Below, one piece after another: positions 1 through 7,966 of a stretch of DNA of 64,000 bases. Each line of letters opens with the position of its first letter. Within the stretch, counting starts at the first letter, position 1. The notes under the pieces are model-generated. The model made no database searches. It was not told the origin of the DNA and saw only the letters and a program-made list of their open reading frames with translations. Made by a program: the position numbers and the translations under genes. The DNA comes from Candidatus Poribacteria bacterium (lineage in GTDB: Bacteria > Poribacteria > WGA-4E > WGA-3G), in NCBI GenBank assembly GCA_965215265.1, contig OZ244048.1:4549989-4613988 (forward strand), given 5' to 3'.

Positions 1-1769
1 TCAGATTAGGAGAACCGGATAAAGCCGCGAAACGTTTTACGCATCTGATCGAAAACTACGGCCGGCACGCGGGAGCTTACTACTACTTAGGTGTCTATCA
101 TCTGCGGCACGGTAACCTTGAAGCAGCCATAGATAACTTCAAAGAATCCCTCCATCTCAGACCTCGGGACCCTGAAACCCTCTGGAATCTTTGGACAGCT
201 GCTTCCAAATTCGGCGGTTATCCAGACAACTTACCAGAGGCATTTAAAATTCGACCAAAATCAGCCGAACCGCGAATCGGTAGCACAAATCTTGATACAC
301 TGTCCCTCCCTAAATTTACCAACCTCGCTTCCGCTTTAGGCATGGACAAAGTTGATGGAGGTCGAGGTAGCGCCTGGGGTGACTACGATAAAGACGGCGA
401 TTTGGACATCGTCGCGGTCGGCACCTATCAGCCTCATGCACTTTATAGGAATAACGGTGACGGAACATTTACCGACGTTGCGGAAGACGCAGGCATAGCG
501 GATCCGCGCGGCGGCTGGGGCTCCCTATTTGCTGATTACAATAACGACGGATACATAGATCTCTATATCACACGCGGCGGCTGGTCGGGTGCAGCGGAGA
601 ATACCCTCTACCACAACAACGGTGACGGGACATTCACAGATGTCACCGAAATCGCAGGTGTCGCAGATCCGCAGAGCAGCTTCTGTGCCGCATGGGCAGA
701 TTACAATAATGACGGACATATAGATCTCTATATTGCAGACGGAGTCATCGGCGACGGGGCCCCCAACGTCCTCTACCACAATAACGGCGACGGCACTTTT
801 ATAAACACCGCAGAGGCAGCCGGGGTAGCGAACCGAGGAAACTCCCTCGGCACCGCATGGGGCGATTACAATAAAGACGGACACATCGATCTGCATGTTG
901 TCAACTTTGGACAACAGAATGTTCTCTATCGTAATAACGGCGACGGCACCTTCACCGACGTAACACCTACCACAGGCATGGAGTTATCTATCACCGACCC
1001 TTTCGTCACCTTTTTTTTAGATGTGGATAATGATGCAGATTTGGATATTTTCATTTCAAACTCAGGTTCTTTTCAAGCATTTATCGCATGTCAACTCACA
1101 GGCACGGCTACACACGATAGCGACCGGCAAGTGCTTTACCGCAACAACGGAGACGGCACTTTTACTGACGTAACGCGCGAATCGGGACTCTATAAAGCTT
1201 TTGGGGCAATGGGTGCCAACTTCGAAGATATTAATGGTGATGGCTATCTCGATATCTACCTCGCCACCGGCGCGCCACAAATGGGACGTTTGGAGAGAGA
1301 CGCGCTCTTCCTAAACAACGGTGACGGCACCTTTACCGATGAGACCATCACTTCAGGCTTAGGCAATATCGGAAAGGGGCACGGGGTTACCTTTGGCGAT
1401 GCAGATGCGGATGGAGACGTGGATATTTACGTTTCTGTTGGCGGTGCCTTTATTGGAGATCAGTGGCACAATCTTTTTTACCATAACCCGGGTACACAAA
1501 ACAATTGGATCACGCTCAAAACAGTTGGAGTCAAAAGCAACCGGGATGGCATCGGGGCAAAAGTGACACTCACCCTTGGGAATACCAAAATTTATAGAGA
1601 AGTCAGTGGCGGGTGTGGATTTGGCTCAACCAACAGCATTCCACTTGAAATCGGGTTAGGAAAAGCGAAACAGGTAGACAGACTTGAAATCGTTTGGCCC
1701 TCCGGGCAGATCGATATATACACCCATCTCGCTCCCAATCAGCCCTACGTCCTCACTGAAGGTTTTTAG
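1..1769 (+). CDS. TPR + FG-GAP/VCBS repeat + UnbV/ASPIC C-terminal domain protein (CRTAC1-family), 5' partial
   Basis: The reading frame of the 342..1769 ORF stays open back to base 3. It translates there as RLGEPDKAAKRFTHLIENYGRHAGAYYYLGVYHLRHGNLEAAIDNFKESL, which looks TPR-like. Repeated NNGDGTFTDV / DYNNDGxxDLY units are FG-GAP/VCBS-like. The C-terminus NRDGIGAKV...GGCGFGS matches the UnbV_ASPIC signature. Confidence 0.85.
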   Translation, partial: RLGEPDKAAKRFTHLIENYGRHAGAYYYLGVYHLRHGNLEAAIDNFKESLHLRPRDPETLWNLWTAASKFGGYPDNLPEAFKIRPKSAEPRIGSTNLDTLSLPKFTNLASALGMDKVDGGRGSAWGDYDKDGDLDIVAVGTYQPHALYRNNGDGTFTDVAEDAGIADPRGGWGSLFADYNNDGYIDLYITRGGWSGAAENTLYHNNGDGTFTDVTEIAGVADPQSSFCAAWADYNNDGHIDLYIADGVIGDGAPNVLYHNNGDGTFINTAEAAGVANRGNSLGTAWGDYNKDGHIDLHVVNFGQQNVLYRNNGDGTFTDVTPTTGMELSITDPFVTFFLDVDNDADLDIFISNSGSFQAFIACQLTGTATHDSDRQVLYRNNGDGTFTDVTRESGLYKAFGAMGANFEDINGDGYLDIYLATGAPQMGRLERDALFLNNGDGTFTDETITSGLGNIGKGHGVTFGDADADGDVDIYVSVGGAFIGDQWHNLFYHNPGTQNNWITLKTVGVKSNRDGIGAKVTLTLGNTKIYREVSGGCGFGSTNSIPLEIGLGKAKQVDRLEIVWPSGQIDIYTHLAPNQPYVLTEGF

Positions 1770-2134
1770 TATACTGCAGCACAACACAAGCAGTTGTAAT
1801 GTTTAATCCTTTACAAATCTCGTTTTTTCGTCTACAGGAGCCCATTAAAGGCTGCTGCTATATTAAAACCTTTGCAAATCTCGTCGGAGTCTTTCGATGT
1901 TATGAATCTAAACAGAAAGAGGCTCCGACGAGATTTATGCGAGGATATTCATTCTATCAGGTGTTGATGTGCTAAAAGATACGAAAAATCTAAACAGAGA
2001 GAGGCTCCGACGATCTATAGATGACGAGAAAAAGGTAATCTTTTCTCATGGACAGAAAAAGAATACCTATCTCGTCAGATTTGTGCGAGGTTGTATACTA
2101 CATCCATCAGTGACGTGCTAAAAGATACGAAAAA
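1763..2134. mobile_element. Composite array of a palindromic MITE-like element: one disrupted copy, one intact nested copy, and at least one fragment
   Basis: The termini are TTTTTAGTATACTGCAGCAC ... GTGCTAAAAGATACGAAAAA. The internal core is (T/G)CAAATCTCGTCGGAG-TTTCGATGTTATGAATCTAAACA-GGCTCCGACGAGATTT. The same element family occurs at 7690-7852 and 42077-42251. Confidence 0.65.
1824..1988. mobile_element. Intact ~165 bp copy of the palindromic element, nested inside the outer copy
   Basis: It starts TTTTTCGTCTACAGGAGC and ends GTGCTAAAAGATACGAAAAA. It has a perfect central stem CGTCGGAG / CTCCGACG around the loop TTTCGATGTTATGAATCTAAACAGAAAGA. It interrupts the outer copy right after TACAAATCTCGT. 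Confidence 0.6.
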
Positions 2135-2139
2135 CCACC

Positions 2140-3360
2140 TTACGTATCGCTCTCGTTGTCCGCTTCCAACAACCGACGCATCAGTTCCGAACGCACCTCC
2201 GATGGCAACGCCCGAAGCTCCGACTGCGATAACTCTTGAAGCGCCTTGACACGCTCATCGGCGCTCAGCCTTTTCACCAGTTCATCGGCACTGAGTCCTT
2301 TCACACGCTCATCAACACTGAGTCTTTTCACTAACTCCGAAGGCGGAATTCTCTCCAAGATATCCGAACCAAATTTCTCTATTAGCTCCCTCAACTCCGC
2401 TTGCGACAAACTTTGAAGCACCTTGATATGCTCATCAGCACTGAGTCCTTTCACACGCTCATCAACACTGAGCCTTTTCACTAACTCCGAAGGCGGAATT
2501 CTCTCCAAGATATCCGAACCAAATTTCTCTATTAGCTCCCTCAACTCCGCTTGCGACAAACTTTGAAGCACCTTGATATGCTCATCAGCACTGAGTCCTT
2601 TCGCACGCTCATCAACACTGAGCCTTTTCACTAACTCCGAAGGCGGAATTCTCTCCAAGATATCCGAACCAAATTTCTCTATTAGCTCCCTCAACTCCGC
2701 ATCGTAAAATCCTTGATGCCCCATCATACGTAACACCTCCAGTGCACGCAGTGGACGAATCCACAACGCATAGTTAAAATACACACGCTGTTCTTCTGAA
2801 ACAACCTGCTCAACAAACGAATCAAAGCCTGAAAACGACACCGTAAAAGGCAGAAGTAAATAGTTCTCACGCGCAATCTCTAGCTCATTGCACACTAATA
2901 GATGCACAGCAAACCTCTCTGTCCACTGGTAGTGTCCAGGCTTCACCAACTCCCATTCCCCACTGGTACCCGAGAGAAACCCCCGAGGCGAACTCGCCGT
3001 CACTATCGTCAAAGTGAGCTCATCCTTTGGAACCCGCTTATCCGACAGATAAATACTGGCCCGCGCATGGATACGGGAATAGTCCCACTCATCTAACCGA
3101 TCCGCTTGACTCTTGAACTCAATCAGGTTATGCGAACGGAAATACTGGCATATCGGCTCTACCGCCAGCAAGTTCGCACGCTCTGCTGCATCTTTCAACA
3201 GCACGACCACGTCTATCGTGAGCGGCAGATGGCTGACTTCCACCTCTGATTGGACAGTCAGCCCGATTTTCTCGCCGAGATGCTCGTGCATTGTCTGTTT
3301 GAAGCGTGCGTCATAGGTAGCACGGGCATCGCGCTGTTTTTCCGCATCGGCTATCCGCAT
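2140..3360 (-). CDS. PD-(D/E)XK nuclease-fold protein (Rpn/YhgA-like putative transposase class) with a C-terminal tandem-repeat domain
   Basis: 406 aa ORF. A candidate catalytic motif is ...LTIDVVVLL... followed by NLIEFK (D ... E-x-K). It is a paralog of the 42387..43310 product, sharing EVEV, LP, ID, NLxEFK, VTLTIV, GHY and VHLLVCNE blocks and a C-terminal EADNxSDT tail. The C-terminus carries SADERVKGL-type repeats. GGAGG lies upstream of the ATG. Confidence 0.8.
   Translation of the reverse strand: MRIADAEKQRDARATYDARFKQTMHEHLGEKIGLTVQSEVEVSHLPLTIDVVVLLKDAAERANLLAVEPICQYFRSHNLIEFKSQADRLDEWDYSRIHARASIYLSDKRVPKDELTLTIVTASSPRGFLSGTSGEWELVKPGHYQWTERFAVHLLVCNELEIARENYLLLPFTVSFSGFDSFVEQVVSEEQRVYFNYALWIRPLRALEVLRMMGHQGFYDAELRELIEKFGSDILERIPPSELVKRLSVDERAKGLSADEHIKVLQSLSQAELRELIEKFGSDILERIPPSELVKRLSVDERVKGLSADEHIKVLQSLSQAELRELIEKFGSDILERIPPSELVKRLSVDERVKGLSADELVKRLSADERVKALQELSQSELRALPSEVRSELMRRLLEADNESDT
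2281..2700. repeat. 150 bp tandem repeat, about 2.8 copies, in frame inside the nuclease gene
   Basis: CTAACTCCGAAGGCGGAATT recurs at 2331, 2481 and 2631. The full copies 2331-2480 and 2481-2630 differ at a single base (TCACACGCTC versus TCGCACGCTC). The unit encodes the 50 aa block ELRELIEKFGSDILERIPPSELVKRLSVDER(A/V)KGLSADEHIKVLQSLSQA. Confidence 0.95.
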
Positions 3361-3377
3361 AAACCCTCCATATTCTT

Positions 3378-3407
3378 AGTATACCATTAACTGTGTAAAG
3401 TTGTCAA
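3378..3407 (-). promoter_or_regulatory. Sigma-70-type promoter of the PD-(D/E)XK gene (TTGACA-18 nt-TATACT)
   Basis: The minus strand reads gcTTGACAactttacacagttaatggTATACTaagaatatGGAGGgtttATG. The same hexamers and spacing occur upstream of the paralog at 43344-43373. Confidence 0.6.
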
Positions 3408-3483
3408 GCACAAATTCACGCGGCCCATCTCAGGCAACGTGTGTAACCGCCTATAACCGCGCGCTAGAGGCCCAACACCCATC

Positions 3484-3530
3484 AAAAAACCCAGGGGCAG
3501 CCGCTTGTGAGGTAGCTGCCCCTAGTTTTT
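3484..3530 (-). terminator. Rho-independent terminator hairpin downstream of the 3594..4346 gene; near-identical to the hairpin at 43426-43470
   Basis: A 9 bp GC-rich stem AGGGGCAGC / GCTGCCCCT has a 13 nt loop containing GTGAGG. It is flanked by A6 on the left and T5 on the right, which gives a T-tract on either strand. Confidence 0.7.
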
Positions 3531-3593
3531 GTGATGTGTGGGGTTGTTACTACGGGCTCATCAATTCCTATATGCTGAAAAAAAACGCCGCAT

Positions 3594-4346
3594 CTAACGA
3601 ATTGCGGTACCCAATATGAGATCGTAGCCAATGGCATCCATCAAGGAAATGAGCACATTCCCATCAATCCTATCGACGAGATGATCGAGTCTACCGCGAT
3701 CGAAAAGCGTGCCGGCAACTGGTTCTTTTTCCGTAATTAAGATGATAAGTTGCATCGCTGCACCTGAAATCAAGGGAACTGTGAGATTATCATCAACGCG
3801 AAGCGGAAGAAGTTCAACGATAGTTGCAACGGATGCTCCAACCAGTGCAACAACGAGACTTGAGAATTCAGGCTGCAACTGCACACCGCTGTCGAAAAGG
3901 AACGAGAAAAAAAAGATCGCCGTCGCAGTGCAAACGATAAAACAGGCAGCACTCCCTTCTAAACTCTTCTGACCGGTGAGTTTCATCCTGCCCCACATTT
4001 TACCTACCAACGCCGCCGAAGTATCCCCCAAAACCATGAAGAAAATGCAGACAATTGCAGGCTGCTTATAAAAAAAGAAAATGCACAACAGCGTGCTGAT
4101 GAGATAGTAAGTTGCACCGGTAATAGCACCTTGGCGTTCATGTGTCCGAAGGAGCGGCATCAGTGCAGTAAAAAAAAACGCCCTGAAATGCGGCGATAGC
4201 CATTTCGCGAGTTCAACGGCTATCGCCACACCTGTCAAAATACACACAAAAAACAGTATCGTCGGTTTATCCATAAAGAGATAAACAACCGGGACGATTA
4301 AACCTGCCAGATGAATGCTTTTCCGACGTAACTCTTCCTTCATCAA
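3594..4346 (-). CDS. Polytopic membrane protein, CTP-transferase-1 / polyprenol (dolichol or phytol) kinase-like family
   Basis: 250 aa, with multiple hydrophobic segments. The N-terminus EELRRKSIHLAGLIVPVVYLF and the GDTSAALVGKMWGR block resemble the dolichol/phytol kinase and CdsA-like family. Confidence 0.6.
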   Translation of the reverse strand: MMKEELRRKSIHLAGLIVPVVYLFMDKPTILFFVCILTGVAIAVELAKWLSPHFRAFFFTALMPLLRTHERQGAITGATYYLISTLLCIFFFYKQPAIVCIFFMVLGDTSAALVGKMWGRMKLTGQKSLEGSAACFIVCTATAIFFFSFLFDSGVQLQPEFSSLVVALVGASVATIVELLPLRVDDNLTVPLISGAAMQLIILITEKEPVAGTLFDRGRLDHLVDRIDGNVLISLMDAIGYDLILGTAIR

Positions 4347-4365
4347 TGCTACCTCCGTCCAGAAT

Positions 4366-4572
4366 TCAAGGTTGAACCCTCCTCTTCAGGATACCCACTA
4401 CTGTACAGTTGATGCCTCTGTTGCAAACTGAATCCATCGCTTCCTTAATTGTGCCAGATGTCCCGATTAAAGACAAGCCAAAATGAGCGGTAGCCACGCT
4501 TTGCAATCCGATTTCGTAACGGACACACTGCGCAATTTTAATCTGACCTTCCAAAATTCTTGTTTTTGTCAA
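4366..4572 (-). CDS. Small hypothetical protein, possibly a NIL-domain-like fragment (tentative)
   Basis: 68 aa ORF with a TTG start. RILEGQIKI ... GLSLIGTSGTIKEAMDSVCNRGINCTVVG resembles the second half of a NIL (MetN C-terminal) fold. It is short and has no clear RBS. Confidence 0.3.
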   Translation of the reverse strand: MTKTRILEGQIKIAQCVRYEIGLQSVATAHFGLSLIGTSGTIKEAMDSVCNRGINCTVVGILKRRVQP

Positions 4573-4764
4573 AAAAACAACACATTTTTGTTACATTTGA
4601 CCAGTATAATTTTTTTACCATTGGAATAGAGTTGAGAACAAACGGATTCGCCTCAATCAAAATTATCTAACAGTAGGAGTTTGCAGTGCCGCAGGAGACA
4701 ATACATTCATCAAAAATCCAAAGAATATTGAAACCTGCCTAAGCGTAAAAAGAAGAGAGGAAAA

Positions 4765-7611
4765 ATGGAACGGTTTTGCATCATGCTGTTGCTGCTCATA
4801 CTTGGTACAGGGCCTGCTTTCGGCGAAAATGAAGCACAACAGCGAGTAAAAATTACCGGCGTGGTTATAGATAGCAACACCGAGGTACCCCTATCTAATG
4901 CCACTATCCGGGTAGTGGACACGTCTTCGCGTGATAGACAATCCCAAGTCAGTAGTGATGACACAGGGAATTTTTCTCTGGAACTACCGAGCGGTACCTA
5001 TACAATCCAAGTCACTGCTTCGTTTTACAATGCCTATGTCATTTCAGATTTTCAGGTTGATGTAGAGAAAGCGGTTGAACCCATTCGTGTCTTGATGACT
5101 GCTCAGGTTGTAAAACTCGACGCGATTAAACTCCCAGTGCGGTTGAGCCAATCCAGCGAACGTGGGCTCCTTGAAAAACGGATGCGCAGCTCCCGAATTG
5201 AAGATAGCATCAGCACCGAAGAGATTAGCCGCCTCCCAGCCTCTTCTGCAGGGGATGCTATTAAGAGGGTGACAGGCGTTAGCATCGTTGGCGGACGGTA
5301 CGTGTTTGTCCGAGGGCTCGGTGAACGTTACAGTAATACTCTCCTCAATAATGTTGAGATTCCGAGTCCGGAGCCCAATCGACGGGTTGTCCCGATGGAT
5401 ATATTTCCGGCGAGTCTCCTGGCGAGTTTGCAAACAGTCAAAACGTTTTCACCGGATCAACCGGGGGGGTTCGCTGGCGGCTCTGTACAGGTGTTTACGA
5501 AAGACTTTCCTGAAGAATTAACAATGTCACTTTCCATATCGAGCGGTTTCAACACACAGACAACCGGTGAAGAAGGGCTCACCTATGAAGGCGGTACGCT
5601 GGATTTCTTAGGTTTTGATGATACATCGCGTGAACTTCCAACGATTGTGAGAGAACAGGCGGCGGAACTGCCTATCCGCGAACGGGGACGTTTTACACCG
5701 GCCGGTTTCACACCGGAAGAGATCCAAAAATTCGGGCAAGCTTTCTCCAACGTCTGGTCACCAAGACGGCAGGAGATTCCTATCAATCAAAGCTATAAAT
5801 TCAACCTCGGCAACAGTCACCCACTTTTCGGAAAAGACTTCGGCTACCTTGCCGTGCTCTCTTATGGCAACAGCCATAGTTCCAGTACCCAAGTGCGCAA
5901 TGCCTTCCGCATCGGATTAAACGAAATCCTTTCGCCGGTAACCTCCTACGACGTTGAACGCAACGCAAATGAAGTAGACTGGGGGAGTGTTCTAAACGCA
6001 AGCCTCCGGTTCTCACCACAGCATCAACTGAGTCTACGTTCTCTCTTCACGCATACGGCTGAAGATGAGACCCGGATATGGGAAGGCTTTAATGCCGATA
6101 GAAACACAGATATGCGGAGCTCTCGACTCCGATATGTTGAACGCCAGCTCTTCTCTGGACAATTAGCCGGCATGCACGACTTTAATTTCGGTGCCCCAGA
6201 ACTGGAACGTTCCAGCGCGGATAGTGGGACAGAAGCGATAACAACCCAGCCCGAGCTCGCAATGGAATGGCGACTCACTTATTCACGTGCATCACGGGAC
6301 GAACCAGATACACGCGAGACTATCTATGAAGATAGGGCTGGCACTTTCACTTTTCGAGATGTTACACACAGTGGCAGCCGCTTCTTTTTTGACCTGGAAG
6401 ATAATGAGTATAACGTGCGCGTGGATTGGAGGATTCCGGTTCGCAAGGCCGGATTCTTCAAATTCGGCGGACTCTTGCGAGATCGAGCGCGCACCTTTGA
6501 TGCCCGCAGATTTAGATTTTTGCCTGCAGACAAAGTGGATGCCACCGTTAATTTATCAGACCCGCCCGAAACACTTTTCAAACAGGAACATATTGCACCA
6601 CGCGTATTTGAACTACGCGAATCCACTCGGGCAACCGATAACTACCTAGCAGACCACAATATCTACTCCGGCTACCTTATGCTGGATATCCCTGTCACGC
6701 AAAAATGGCAATTCATGTCGGGGGTCCGGCTTGAATCTTCAACGCAAAAGGTAACTACCTATGATCCGTTTTCAGCATCCGTGCGGCCAATTGTGGCAGA
6801 TTTAGAAACCGTAGATTTGCTGCCCGGTGCTAACTTGACGTACCGGCTAGCGGAACGGATGAACCTACGAGTCGCTGCATCACGAACGATTACACGCCCA
6901 GATTTTAGAGAACTTGCTCCATTTGAGTTCACAGATTTCGTTGGCGGACGAACCATCCTTGGAAACCCGGAACTTGAGCGGACACAGATTGACAATTATG
7001 ACTTCCGCTGGGAAGTGTTTCCACAAATTGGTGGGGTCGTCGCCGCCAGTCTCTTTTATAAACGATTTCAGAAACCGATTGAGCAAATCGTTCAGCCGCA
7101 AGCAGAAGTCCGCATTACCTATGAAAACGCCGACGCTGCGAATAACTACGGCCTTGAACTAGAAGCACGCCAGAACCTCGGAATACTCACAGATAAACTC
7201 AACGAATTCTCGATTAACACCAATGTGGCGCTAATCTCTTCGCGGGTGGTACTACCTGATGTTGGGATCCAGACATCGTCTGAACGGCCCCTACAAGGGC
7301 AGTGCCCGTATATAGTCAATCTCTCTATCGGTTACGAAAACCCCAACTGGGGCATCTCGAGCGCAGTCGCTTATAACATTTTTGGCAAAAGGCTCTCTGA
7401 AGTTGGAAACCATGGTGTACCTGATGTTTATGAACAGCCCCGCGGCCAGTTGGATGCCAATTTTAGCCGCACCGTTGCAAATTACTTCCGAATCAATTTT
7501 TCGGCGAAAAATTTACTCGACCCTTATGTGCATTTCAAACAAGGCGAAGAGGTATACGTTCAGTACAAACTCGGACGTGCCTTTTCATGCGGACTCAGCT
7601 ATAACCTCTAA
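4765..7611 (+). CDS. TonB-dependent receptor with an N-terminal carboxypeptidase-regulatory-like domain
   Basis: 948 aa with a signal peptide. The CarbopepD_reg-like block is ITGVVIDSNTEVPLSNATIRVVDT. The plug region is RLPASSAGDAIKRVTGVSIVGGRYVFVRGLGERYSNTLLNNVEIPSPEP. A long beta-barrel-like C-terminal part follows. Confidence 0.88.
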   Translation: MERFCIMLLLLILGTGPAFGENEAQQRVKITGVVIDSNTEVPLSNATIRVVDTSSRDRQSQVSSDDTGNFSLELPSGTYTIQVTASFYNAYVISDFQVDVEKAVEPIRVLMTAQVVKLDAIKLPVRLSQSSERGLLEKRMRSSRIEDSISTEEISRLPASSAGDAIKRVTGVSIVGGRYVFVRGLGERYSNTLLNNVEIPSPEPNRRVVPMDIFPASLLASLQTVKTFSPDQPGGFAGGSVQVFTKDFPEELTMSLSISSGFNTQTTGEEGLTYEGGTLDFLGFDDTSRELPTIVREQAAELPIRERGRFTPAGFTPEEIQKFGQAFSNVWSPRRQEIPINQSYKFNLGNSHPLFGKDFGYLAVLSYGNSHSSSTQVRNAFRIGLNEILSPVTSYDVERNANEVDWGSVLNASLRFSPQHQLSLRSLFTHTAEDETRIWEGFNADRNTDMRSSRLRYVERQLFSGQLAGMHDFNFGAPELERSSADSGTEAITTQPELAMEWRLTYSRASRDEPDTRETIYEDRAGTFTFRDVTHSGSRFFFDLEDNEYNVRVDWRIPVRKAGFFKFGGLLRDRARTFDARRFRFLPADKVDATVNLSDPPETLFKQEHIAPRVFELRESTRATDNYLADHNIYSGYLMLDIPVTQKWQFMSGVRLESSTQKVTTYDPFSASVRPIVADLETVDLLPGANLTYRLAERMNLRVAASRTITRPDFRELAPFEFTDFVGGRTILGNPELERTQIDNYDFRWEVFPQIGGVVAASLFYKRFQKPIEQIVQPQAEVRITYENADAANNYGLELEARQNLGILTDKLNEFSINTNVALISSRVVLPDVGIQTSSERPLQGQCPYIVNLSIGYENPNWGISSAVAYNIFGKRLSEVGNHGVPDVYEQPRGQLDANFSRTVANYFRINFSAKNLLDPYVHFKQGEEVYVQYKLGRAFSCGLSYNL

Positions 7612-7689
7612 ATGAGAGGCATCAGCATCGCGGAACGTCAAAAAGAATTAATAGTATTGCAACTATTCTGTAACAATTTAAGGCTATCA

Positions 7690-7852
7690 TTTTTCGTATA
7701 TTTCAGCCCCATCAAGGGTTATGTATTGTTAAATCCGATGTACATCTCGTCAGAGCCTTTCGATGTTATGAATCTAAACATAAACGGCTCTAGTGAGATT
7801 TGTGCTAAGGTGTTCATTATATCAATCATTGTTGTGCTCTTGTAGACAAAAA
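7690..7852. mobile_element. Solo copy of the palindromic MITE-like element
   Basis: TTTTTCGTATATTTCAGCCCC ... ACATCTCGTCAGAGCC-TTTCGATGTTATGAATCTAAACATAAAC-GGCTCTAGTGAGATTTGTGCTAAGG ... GTGCTCTTGTAGACAAAAAA. It lies in the 355 bp gap between the TBDR gene and the downstream lipoprotein gene. Confidence 0.65.
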
Positions 7853-7966
7853 ATTGAATTGGCAACCCTTTTGCCGATGAGCGGGAAAAGGGTGCCTTAT
7901 ACCCAAAAAAGCGGGGTTTTTGTGCTCCGCTTGTTCTAAAATAAAAAAAGGAGCTTAGTTAAGCTA

